From the NCBI GenBank assembly GCA_034418415.1, contig DAOULS010000080.1:8513-72512 (forward strand): DNA of 64,000 bases, in the 5' to 3' direction. Of this stretch, positions 19,223 to 27,451 are shown one piece after another. This stretch comes from Dehalococcoidales bacterium (lineage in GTDB: Bacteria > Chloroflexota > Dehalococcoidia > Dehalococcoidales > RBG-16-60-22). Under the pieces are notes generated by a model. That model had not been told where the DNA came from. It saw nothing but the letters and a program-made list of their open reading frames with translations, and did not search any database. The translations under genes and the position numbers were made by a program. The stretch's first letter is position 1; each line of letters opens with the position of its first letter.

Positions 19223-20569
19223 ATGGAACAGACTTTTATAGGACTGACGATAAAGCAGATAATCATTGCCCTGGTCATAATCGTGGTTTTTTGCGGGCTG
19301 GCATGGTTTATACGGTTCGCATTAGAAAAATGGGGTAAAAGATTTACGGAAAAGACTCGCACTAAACTGGATGATGCCATTCTATCGGTGATGCGGAAAC
19401 CCGTTATCATCATTATCGTCCTGCTGGGCTTTTACATAGCGGTGGTGACTCTGCCGCAGAGTGAAGCTGTATGGTCGTACACATTGAAAGGACTGGCCAC
19501 GGCGCTTAGCCTGCTGGGTATTTTTTCCGCCGTCGCTTTACTCGATACCATCATCAGGTGGTACCGTCGTAGGGCTACCGCAGAAAAAACCGGTGTAGGT
19601 TTGAGTATGCGCCTGGTAACTCTCTGCTGGGTAGTAATGATACTGGCGGCTATCTGGCTGGCGGTGATGGCCGTATTGAGTATCTGGGGGATGAATGTCA
19701 GTATCGTAACCGGCTGGCTCGGTGAATACGGCTGGCGCATTGCGCTTATCGTCGGTATTGCCGTGCTGGCTATCATCAGTGTTGGAGAAATTATCCCGAG
19801 AGTGGTGGTACGGACCTTAACCCGCCGACCTGGAGAAAGAAAAGACGAGGTCAAAAAAAGAAGCGACACTCTGGCTAAGGTGCTAGTCAGTACCAGCCAG
19901 GTTTTTATAGTATTCATCGCTATCTTTATGATTCTTTCCGAGCTACAGATAGATATCGCGCCTATCCTGGCCGGTGCCGGCGTCGTGGGTATCGCTATCG
20001 GTTTTGGTGCTCAAGGCTTGATCAGGGACCTAGTAGCGGGCTTTTTTGTCATCATAGAAAACCAGTACCGTGTCGGTGACATTGTTAAAATCGCCGACGT
20101 CGGCGGTATCGTCGAAAGCATAAATCTAAGAAGGACTGTGCTTAGAGACCTCGACGGTGTTGTTCATGTTGTACCTAACGGTGAAATCCGGGTGGCTAAT
20201 AATATGACCAAAGAACTATCAAGGGTGAATTTTAACGTCAGTGTGGGGTATGGGGAAGATTTGGACCATGTGATTAGCGTAATCAACCGGGTTGGTCAAG
20301 AACTTGCTGAAGATCCTGAATGGAAGGAAGTTGTTCTTAGTGCGCCTAAGGTATTGAGAGTAGATAATTTTGGCGATTCAGGTATTGATATCAGGGTAGC
20401 TGGGGATACGCAGCCGATGCGCCAGTGGGATGTAGCCGGCCAGCTTCGGTTGAGATTGAAGAGAGAGTTCGATAAAGAGGGTATTGAAATCCCCTGGCCT
20501 CACACCAAGTTGTATTTCGGCAATGCGCTGCCGGCGCCTGATTCCGGGAAAAAAGCCAAAGATAAATAA
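19223..20569 (+). CDS. Mechanosensitive ion channel (MscS family)
   Basis: Multiple TM helices followed by the MscS beta-domain core (FFVIIENQYRVGDIVKI...G.VE.I.LR.T.LRDLDG...VPNG). Confidence 0.88.
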   Translation: MEQTFIGLTIKQIIIALVIIVVFCGLAWFIRFALEKWGKRFTEKTRTKLDDAILSVMRKPVIIIIVLLGFYIAVVTLPQSEAVWSYTLKGLATALSLLGIFSAVALLDTIIRWYRRRATAEKTGVGLSMRLVTLCWVVMILAAIWLAVMAVLSIWGMNVSIVTGWLGEYGWRIALIVGIAVLAIISVGEIIPRVVVRTLTRRPGERKDEVKKRSDTLAKVLVSTSQVFIVFIAIFMILSELQIDIAPILAGAGVVGIAIGFGAQGLIRDLVAGFFVIIENQYRVGDIVKIADVGGIVESINLRRTVLRDLDGVVHVVPNGEIRVANNMTKELSRVNFNVSVGYGEDLDHVISVINRVGQELAEDPEWKEVVLSAPKVLRVDNFGDSGIDIRVAGDTQPMRQWDVAGQLRLRLKREFDKEGIEIPWPHTKLYFGNALPAPDSGKKAKDK

Positions 20570-20591
20570 CGTCGGTCAAAGAGAGGCGAGT

Positions 20592-20708
20592 ATGAGAAAA
20601 TATGCCTCGTTCCTGGACTACGTGTCTGTTGCCTGTGGCACCAAAAATATTGAACTGAACCTTCTTTCAGGACTGCTCTCGGATGAGGCTAAATCTATTT
20701 CTGGGTGA
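20592..20708 (+). CDS. Possible 38-aa small protein
   Basis: ATG 20592 has AGAGAGG upstream. The track ORF from 20484 overlaps the MscS 3' end, so I trimmed it. No homology recognised. Confidence 0.3.
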   Translation: MRKYASFLDYVSVACGTKNIELNLLSGLLSDEAKSISG

Positions 20709-20714
20709 TGAGCG

Positions 20715-21014
20715 ATGGCTGACTTCAATGAAATAGAAGAGGCGAGAACGTTGCTGGGGCTTGGTAAGTCAGCGACACTGAAGGAGATAAAAAGGGCTTA
20801 TAGAAAGCTGGCGCATCGCCATCACCCCGATAAGCATGGTAGCGATAATATCGCCGAGAGCGAGACTATGAAACAACTAAACCGGGCATATAAGCTGCTT
20901 CTGGATTACTGTAATGATTACAAATATAGCTTCGGAGAGGAAGATGTTGCCCGTACCTATCCCCAGGAAGACTATTTAAGGACTTTCAAAGAAAAGTGGT
21001 ATGACAGTATATAG
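20715..21014 (+). CDS. Stand-alone J-domain protein
   Basis: J-domain with HPD motif (YRKLAHRHHPDKHG). No Gly/Phe or zinc-finger regions. Confidence 0.85.
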   Translation: MADFNEIEEARTLLGLGKSATLKEIKRAYRKLAHRHHPDKHGSDNIAESETMKQLNRAYKLLLDYCNDYKYSFGEEDVARTYPQEDYLRTFKEKWYDSI

Positions 21015-21045
21015 GTAAAAACGCAAACCGATTTGAGGGGGAGCC

Positions 21046-22392
21046 ATGAATAAAGTCGAAAAAGTCGTTGTTATAGGTTGTTCAGGCACCGGTGCACTGG
21101 CGGCGCGCATGCTAAAAAATCTTGCGCCCTCTGTGGATGTATCTATAATCAGGGAAGAGGAGGAGCCGGGCTTACTGACCAGATGCGCTACGCCGTATAT
21201 CTGTTTTGGGCATGTACTCACGGACCCTTCTTACAAAGATGATGGTATCTTCACCAAAGCCGGTATAAACCTGGTCAATATAAAAGCCGAAAAAATTGAT
21301 AGAAAACAGAAGATGGTAACCACTGCCGATGGTAAGGATTATTACTACGACAAACTGGTTCTGGCTACCGGGGCCAGGTCTGTAGTGCCTCCTATCCCGG
21401 GAGCCGAACTGCCCGGGGTTTTCACACTGCGTACGAGCGGTAGTGCCATTGATATTCTCCAGTGGTTGAATACCAAGCGGGTAAAGAGCCTGGTCCTGGT
21501 GGGCGGTGGTGCTATTAGTGTCGAGATTGCCTACCTGGCTAAACAGCATGGTATCAATGTGACAATGATAGAAATACTGGAGCATGTTCTATCAAAATCA
21601 TTGGACCCGGATATGAGCGAGGATGTGGAGAGCTACATGAAAGAGCAGGGTGTAGACCTGCGTTTAGGTGAACAGGTCAAGGAAATTAGCGGCAATGGAA
21701 AAGTCCAGGGCGTGTCACTGGCATCAGGTGAAAGAGTTAATGCGGATATGGTGATTATCTGTGTCGGGGCTGAACCTCGCAGTGAATTGGCTGAAAAAGC
21801 CGGGCTTGAAATGGGTGAACTGGGGTTGAAAGTCAACAAGTATCTGGGAACTTCCGACCCTGATATTTTTTCCGCAGGCGACCTTGTTCAGTATTCAAGT
21901 TTTATTACGGGTAAGCCGATAAGAGGACAGCTGCGACCTAACGCTGTAATTGGCGGCAGAATAATCGCTAAAAATATCCTCGGATACGGTATTGAATATC
22001 CTCCTCTCATTAACAGCTTCGCCACTAAATTCTTTGAGAAATCTATCGCCGGAACGGGCATCACCGAATCAGAGGCAGTAAATAACGGTATCAGTGCAGT
22101 CAGCTCAATACAGTCTTCGGCAAGTCAGCACTCTATGATGAGAAGCAGAAAACCCTATAAAATTAAGTTGATTTTCGATAAGGAAGATAAAAGAATTATC
22201 GGCGGACAGATTGTAAGCGATAGCGAATGCCCGATAAAGCATATTGATGCATTGGCCGTGGCTATAAGAGCGCGCTGGACTTCTCTCGATTTATCGACAT
22301 TGCGGTGCGCCGGCCAGCCGGAGTTATCCCCGGACCCGGGTATGGAACCGATAGCACTAGCTGCTGAAACCGTCGAAAAAATGTTAGGTTAG
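21046..22392 (+). CDS. FAD-dependent pyridine nucleotide-disulfide oxidoreductase (NADH oxidase / CoA-disulfide reductase-like)
   Basis: N-terminal dinucleotide fold (VVVIGCSGTGALAA), single redox Cys context (LTRCATPY), second Rossmann fold (LVGGGAISVE), and SAGD motif. Confidence 0.85.
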   Translation: MNKVEKVVVIGCSGTGALAARMLKNLAPSVDVSIIREEEEPGLLTRCATPYICFGHVLTDPSYKDDGIFTKAGINLVNIKAEKIDRKQKMVTTADGKDYYYDKLVLATGARSVVPPIPGAELPGVFTLRTSGSAIDILQWLNTKRVKSLVLVGGGAISVEIAYLAKQHGINVTMIEILEHVLSKSLDPDMSEDVESYMKEQGVDLRLGEQVKEISGNGKVQGVSLASGERVNADMVIICVGAEPRSELAEKAGLEMGELGLKVNKYLGTSDPDIFSAGDLVQYSSFITGKPIRGQLRPNAVIGGRIIAKNILGYGIEYPPLINSFATKFFEKSIAGTGITESEAVNNGISAVSSIQSSASQHSMMRSRKPYKIKLIFDKEDKRIIGGQIVSDSECPIKHIDALAVAIRARWTSLDLSTLRCAGQPELSPDPGMEPIALAAETVEKMLG

Positions 22393-22552
22393 AAATATAT
22401 ACGTAAGTGGTTTCAACTGGTAGTAGTCCCATTATTTCTACCGGGCATTTTTTACTCTGAATCTCGTCTGGCTTAACTAAATTGCTAGTACGCAATACTA
22501 TACTTCCTGCCGCCTAATTACTTGTTTATTAAAATGTATATGCGTATTCAAA

Positions 22553-22592
22553 TGTCATAATTTTGTAATATTTATCTCCTCCTTTTTATAAC
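22553..22592 (+). promoter_or_regulatory. Copy A of the conserved 40-nt promoter/operator module
   Basis: TGTCATAATTTTGTAATATTTATCTCCTCCTTTTTATAAC, that is TGTCA-N6-TGTAA then TATAAC exactly 16 nt after the 18-nt box. Lies about 30 nt upstream of the 22624 CDS. Confidence 0.55.
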
Positions 22593-22623
22593 TATTCCAC
22601 CATAGAACCTCTAAAATTGCGGA

Positions 22624-22908
22624 GTGATGAAAACAAACGGAACTCCAATAATATCAGAAGAACCGGGACAATCGGGTTCCGGTGTTAGAGCAAACGTAGC
22701 CAGAATCTTACTTGAACATGCCAGGAATGGCCACAATATGCAGGGCAATCTTTCCCAGAGAGAAATAGCGACGATTTTGGGTGTAAACATATATCAAGTC
22801 TATTCGTCAATCCAGTCTTTGTATCATGAAGGACTAATCGGCCTTGAGTGCCGTCGCATTATAATCAAAAAGAAGTTACTCCAAAAATTAGCCAATACGT
22901 CCCGATAA
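22624..22908 (+). CDS. Small winged-helix/HTH protein (hypothetical regulator)
   Basis: LSQREIATILGVNIYQVYSSIQSLYHEGLI resembles a Crp/MarR-type wHTH. GGAG RBS. Start is GTG 22624 or ATG 22627. Confidence 0.6.
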   Translation: MMKTNGTPIISEEPGQSGSGVRANVARILLEHARNGHNMQGNLSQREIATILGVNIYQVYSSIQSLYHEGLIGLECRRIIIKKKLLQKLANTSR

Positions 22909-23033
22909 AAAAGAGTACGGGAACGTATAACAGCACTATCAACAAAATATGAGATGGCTACTTGCAGGGGTAATGAGCCCATCTTCAGCTCGTGGACTTA
23001 AGATAGACTGGCCGCTGGAGCTTCCGTTCAAAG

Positions 23034-24944
23034 TTATGGTTTAAGTTTTTCCAGCAACTCGTTGAGTCGAACTGTAGCTACGGCAGTGACTTTATCCGCG
23101 CCACCATAGTAGAGGTGCAGGGTATTCTCAATTACAGCGGCGCCGCAGGAGAAAACGGCATTATTAACAATACCGTTTCTCTCATAATCCGTTTCAGGTT
23201 CCAGGATAGCTGTATAAGTACGTCCGATAATACGCATGGGGTCGTTCAGGTTTAATAGTGCCGCTTTAATTTCGTAATAAGCATGGTTAATGGTCACCCC
23301 ATGATAAAGCAAAAGCCAGCCGTGTGGTGTTTCAATAGGCGGTCCGGCGATGCCGATTTTCTGGTGGACACGCGGCATAGGCCTGGGTGTCATGAGAACC
23401 TGCCCGTAAATCCACCTGTTGCCGTCAAAGTCCAGGTCATCAACAAAATCCACCCAGATGCTGTCACCGAGGCGGTGTAAAATTACATATTTACCCTCTA
23501 TTTTCTTGGGAAATATCGCGGCATCTTTATCAGCTAAATCAGGGGGAGAAATCAATACCGGTTCGGCCCAGTCCCATTGTTTTGCTAAAAAATCATCCAG
23601 TTTGATGTGTGTAAGTGCTACTCTAGGAGGATTTTTGCCGCTGAAGGCGGTATAACACATGTATAGATTATCTCCTATTCGGGTTAATCGGGGGTCTTCA
23701 CAGCCGGAGTTGCCCCCCGCTACCTGCTTCATCTCGAAGTCCTTTCGCGGTACGTATACAGGGTCAGGTAGCCGTTCAGTAATCCGCGTGCCGTCGGCGC
23801 TGGAAGCATACCCCAGAACGGAGGTATTATCATTCGACATAGCCCGGTAAAGAAGGTGAACCCTGCCTTTTTCATAAATAACCCCCGGATTAAAAGTTGC
23901 CTGGGCTTCCCAAGGATTTTGGTCGTTGGGTGTGAGGATAGGATTATCAAAAAAGCGTTTGAGTTTTACAGTATTAACTTCAATTCCCAGTATTTCACGT
24001 ACCATCTGGTCTAAATTGATGGTCGCCGCGGCACAGGTGGTATCCGCCGCGCCGTAATACATATACAGCTCTTTACCCCTGACAACAGCACCGGTTGGGA
24101 AAACGATGTTCGGGACGCGTCCGTATTTTTCATATTCCTGTCGCGGTACCAGGAGAGGTTTCTTGGTACGGCCGAGCACCTCGGTGGGGTTATATAAACT
24201 CAATAATGCGGCTTCTACGCCGAAAACAGGTGGCGGATTGAAGTAGTTCTGAATATGACTGTAGAGTAAAAGCCAACCGTATTTGGTCTTAATGGGAGGC
24301 GCCCCGACCTCAATCTGGTCTTGGTCTTGCCGTTCCAGAGGAATGGTGCGTGAATTTAGCGATTCGTACCACTTGTCCCAGTAATTTTGCGACCAGATTT
24401 CAGTTTCGTCATCAAAATAGGCAACGGCGATTTTAGCTGGAGGATTGTCCGTGTTTGCCGTGAGCACGGCGGCAATTTTCCCATTGATTCTTTCGGGAAA
24501 AAGCGCCATAGCCTTGGCGTTGAAAGTAGTAACAGGATGTTTGGCTTCAATCTGTTTAAAATCACTGGTAATAGCTACCCCGACTCTAATACCATCGGCA
24601 GTGAAGGGATATTTAGATAGAGCCGTGTAAAAAATATAGTATTTACCATCCAGGCCGGTAACGCGCGGGTCCTCGCAGCCGAACTGCTCCCACTCCTCCT
24701 CCGGTCTGATAAGCTGGTAACGGTCATTAAAGTGAATACCGTCACTACTCGAAGCACAGCCAATGGACGAGACATTCCTGTGAGGTCCTCCGTTGCTTAA
24801 AGCCGATGATTCAGCGCGATACAAGAGATATATCTTACCCTTATGCTTGACAGGGCAACCGTTAAAGGTCGCCTCTCCCTCCCAGTTGTTATCAGGGTCG
24901 GGTATTAAAACTGGGTTCTCGTCAGAGCGTTTAAAGCGAATCAT
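23034..24944 (-). CDS. Tandem double GH130-family (PH1107/DUF377-type) glycoside phosphorylase/hydrolase-like protein
   Basis: Two complete five-bladed-propeller-type halves. Each has FN(G/P)..., LLYRA, GCEDPR(V/L)T and YYG(A/G)AD motifs. ATG 24944 is preferred (AAGGA 8 nt upstream); the track uses TTG 24950. Confidence 0.85.
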   Translation of the reverse strand: MIRFKRSDENPVLIPDPDNNWEGEATFNGCPVKHKGKIYLLYRAESSALSNGGPHRNVSSIGCASSSDGIHFNDRYQLIRPEEEWEQFGCEDPRVTGLDGKYYIFYTALSKYPFTADGIRVGVAITSDFKQIEAKHPVTTFNAKAMALFPERINGKIAAVLTANTDNPPAKIAVAYFDDETEIWSQNYWDKWYESLNSRTIPLERQDQDQIEVGAPPIKTKYGWLLLYSHIQNYFNPPPVFGVEAALLSLYNPTEVLGRTKKPLLVPRQEYEKYGRVPNIVFPTGAVVRGKELYMYYGAADTTCAAATINLDQMVREILGIEVNTVKLKRFFDNPILTPNDQNPWEAQATFNPGVIYEKGRVHLLYRAMSNDNTSVLGYASSADGTRITERLPDPVYVPRKDFEMKQVAGGNSGCEDPRLTRIGDNLYMCYTAFSGKNPPRVALTHIKLDDFLAKQWDWAEPVLISPPDLADKDAAIFPKKIEGKYVILHRLGDSIWVDFVDDLDFDGNRWIYGQVLMTPRPMPRVHQKIGIAGPPIETPHGWLLLYHGVTINHAYYEIKAALLNLNDPMRIIGRTYTAILEPETDYERNGIVNNAVFSCGAAVIENTLHLYYGGADKVTAVATVRLNELLEKLKP

Positions 24945-24978
24945 GCCCAAAATCCTTTCTCTTTTTTTACAGACTTTC

Positions 24979-26256
24979 CTAAATACGCAGGGTAGATTTT
25001 ACAAATTTCAGCATGTTTTTCCCGCACTGCGGACACACACCCTTGATAGCATGCCTCATGTTTTTGAAAACTACACGACGCGGGTTTTTAATAACCCGCT
25101 TTTGCCGGCATTTAAGGCAGAATCCATCTACACGTTTCATTGTCTTATCTGCATCAGAAGAAGGCGGTACGCTTATGCTCCGGCCGGTCGACTCTTTATG
25201 GTTTGCGGCGAGCTCCTCGACAAAGCCGTTTAGTTTTACCGAGGCAACGCCGACTATCTTATCAGCCCCTCCATAGTATACAAACAAGCGTTTGTTAATT
25301 ATGGCAGCCCCGCAGGGATAAACCACGCCGGCTTTCCAGCCTTCGTTTTCATACCAGGCGTTAGGCTCAAGAATAGGTTTCCTGCTTCGAGCCAGCACCT
25401 TGGTCGGGTCTTTCAGGTCCAGCAGCATCGCCCCGATTTTATAACGGTAGCCGTCATTCTTACCAACCGCCTGATAAACAAGCAGCCAGCCATATTTAGT
25501 TTTTAATGGTGGCGGTCCTGCCCCAACCTTGTGGCTGTCCCACTCTGAACTCGAGGTCCTTATAGGTATTTCATACTGTCCGGTCAGCCACTTTGTTCTG
25601 CCGTCAAAGTCCAGGTCGTCAACGAAGTCAATAAGTATATTCGGATAAATCCGATGAAAAATAACGTATTTCCCATTTATTTTTTCCGGGAAAATACAGG
25701 CATTCTTGTCCACGATGTGGGGGGGAGAGATAAGGACGGGTTTTTTCCAGTCCCACCGCCGGGCAAGAAAGTCATCAACATGAATCGAGGTCAATGCCAC
25801 GCGGGGGGGATTGCGCCCGTCATAAGCGACATAGGTCATATATACACGTTCATTAATTCTGGTCAGGCGCGGGTCTTCACAGCCCCCCATACCCCCGCCT
25901 CCCGAAACATAGATACCCGAAGTCCCTGTACCAGGCTGGTAAACCGGGTTGATTCCTTCGAATGGTTCTCTAGGGGAGTACACCGGCTTATCGAGGCGTT
26001 CCTGAATATGCATCCCATCCGTGCTGGAGGCGTAGCCTAACATGGAGACATCCGTTTCACCAATTGCCCGGTAAAGAATATGTACCTTGCCGCCTTCATA
26101 AATAGCGGCGGGATTAAAGGTGGCTTTTGTCTCCCACCAGCTATCGGGTCTGGGGGTCAAAATAGGATTACCTTTATACCTTTCCAGTACCAATGGAATG
26201 TTTTTTACTAATTGTTTCGTCATTATTCCGTGTTGTTTTGTCATTATCCCGGCCAT
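24979..26256 (-). CDS. GH130-family protein fused to a C-terminal CxxC...CxxC zinc ribbon (DUF5679-like)
   Basis: GH130 motifs (FNPAAIY, ILYRA, GGCEDPRLT, YYGGAD) and a close paralog of the second half of the 23034 gene. C-terminal tail is FCLKCRQKRVIKNPRRVVFKNMRHAIKGVCPQCGKNMLKFV. GGGGGTGG RBS. Confidence 0.85.
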   Translation of the reverse strand: MAGIMTKQHGIMTKQLVKNIPLVLERYKGNPILTPRPDSWWETKATFNPAAIYEGGKVHILYRAIGETDVSMLGYASSTDGMHIQERLDKPVYSPREPFEGINPVYQPGTGTSGIYVSGGGGMGGCEDPRLTRINERVYMTYVAYDGRNPPRVALTSIHVDDFLARRWDWKKPVLISPPHIVDKNACIFPEKINGKYVIFHRIYPNILIDFVDDLDFDGRTKWLTGQYEIPIRTSSSEWDSHKVGAGPPPLKTKYGWLLVYQAVGKNDGYRYKIGAMLLDLKDPTKVLARSRKPILEPNAWYENEGWKAGVVYPCGAAIINKRLFVYYGGADKIVGVASVKLNGFVEELAANHKESTGRSISVPPSSDADKTMKRVDGFCLKCRQKRVIKNPRRVVFKNMRHAIKGVCPQCGKNMLKFVKSTLRI

Positions 26257-26311
26257 TTTCTTCCACCCCCTTTGTCAGCGACTTGTGTTTACCGGTTATT
26301 CAGTATTTTTA

Positions 26312-26788
26312 TTAAGTAAGTTCTTCGTTTAGTTCATCCAGCCGAGCCAGGACTTGTTTATTAGGAGGAATATCACTCATGGATGCCCCATGATGTTCCA
26401 GGCGTATCATGCCGTTTTTATCAATCACAAATAGAGCTGGCATCCTGCCCATTTTCAGGAGATTAACCTCCTGCCCGAACTTTTTAGCAATTGTGTGGGC
26501 GGGGTCAGGTATGCCAATAAAAGGTATCTTTTTGCTGCGCCAGTAGTCCGAGAGCTGTTTAGTGTTTTCAGGTCCTACAGCAATGACTTCTGCATCACGG
26601 TCAATGAATTGCTGATAATCCTGACGCAACTGCGCCATATGCTCCCGGCAGTATGGTCAGCCCAAACCCCGATTGAATACCAGCACCACATGCTTCTTGC
26701 CTTTATAATCCGCCAGCCTTATTAATCTTCCATGTGTATCGTTAGCAAAAAAGTCCTTTGCAGAAGCAGCGGTTTTAGTATTTGTCAT
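26312..26788 (-). CDS. Peroxiredoxin/thioredoxin-fold (AhpC/TSA-redoxin) selenoprotein; in-frame TGA at 26659..26657 read as Sec (residue 44, U-P-Y-C motif)
   Basis: The track ORF (26312..26638) is only the C-terminal two-thirds. The same frame upstream reads MTNTKTAASAKDFFANDTHGRLIRLADYKGKKHVVLVFNRGLG-TGA-PYCREH-MAQL..., with ATG 26788 preceded by GGGGAGG. A hairpin follows the TGA. Confidence 0.8.
26622..26637 (-). promoter_or_regulatory. Candidate bacterial SECIS hairpin
   Basis: mRNA sequence UGGCGC-AGUU-GCGUCA, a 6-bp stem including one G-U pair with a tetraloop that has G at its second position. Starts 23 nt after the U of UGA. Confidence 0.5.
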
Positions 26789-26939
26789 TACAATGGCCTC
26801 CCCTAAGAGTAATTACCTCTGGATATGGCTGGTAAAGAAGCGGTAATATCATGCACCTAAATCTTGGAAGTGGGGCTCTAGAAGGCATTACAGTCTTGCT
26901 TATGTCCCTTAAAAATTTTAGATTACGGCCAGTGGAAAA

Positions 26940-26979
26940 GTTATAAAACCAGCGGGAAAAACGTTACAAAATCGTGACA
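26940..26979 (-). promoter_or_regulatory. Copy B of the conserved 40-nt promoter/operator module (faces the selenoprotein-GH130 operon)
   Basis: Minus-strand read is TGTCACGATTTTGTAACGTTTTTCCCGCTGGTTTTATAAC, in the same register as copy A. Confidence 0.55.
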
Positions 26980-27046
26980 TTTCCTGGCTGGGTTTAAAAT
27001 CAGGGAAGGCGGTATTTGTGAATCGGGGATGGTTTTATGAAAAAAA

Positions 27047-27086
27047 TGACATATTTTTGTAATTATTCCGGGGCCTATTTTATGAC
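27047..27086 (+). promoter_or_regulatory. Copy C of the conserved 40-nt promoter/operator module
   Basis: TGACATATTTTTGTAATTATTCCGGGGCCTATTTTATGAC, in the same register. Lies about 57 nt upstream of the 27143 CDS. Confidence 0.55.
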
Positions 27087-27142
27087 TTTTCCATCAGTAG
27101 CTATATAAAATCTCTAAATCAGGCAGTCTGGAGGGACGGGTA

Positions 27143-27364
27143 ATGACACTAACGCTAATAAAAGAAGAGAGGATTTTAAAAAATAGGGCAGGGGATGATT
27201 CATTAAGGACCGAAGAGGTCATGGCGTTTTGCCCCCGGTGTAAAGCCCTCCAGACAGTCTGGCTTCAAGGGAATATTATGATGCCGACACGCAAATTTAG
27301 TCAGGCAGGGGGCCGGATTTATCATAATTGTGGCTCAAATCAACCGTGCATTCTATATTCTTAA
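27143..27364 (+). CDS. Small hypothetical zinc-ribbon protein
   Basis: GGAGGG RBS 8 nt upstream. CPRC...HNCG cysteine/histidine pairs. No family recognised. Confidence 0.45.
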   Translation: MTLTLIKEERILKNRAGDDSLRTEEVMAFCPRCKALQTVWLQGNIMMPTRKFSQAGGRIYHNCGSNQPCILYS

Positions 27365-27451
27365 TGTTTAATATAACCCACAGATTGACGATATATAGTC
27401 TTTAAAAGGAAAGCTAACTCCCACGGGAAAGTGTGCCGTTATGAGGTCTGG

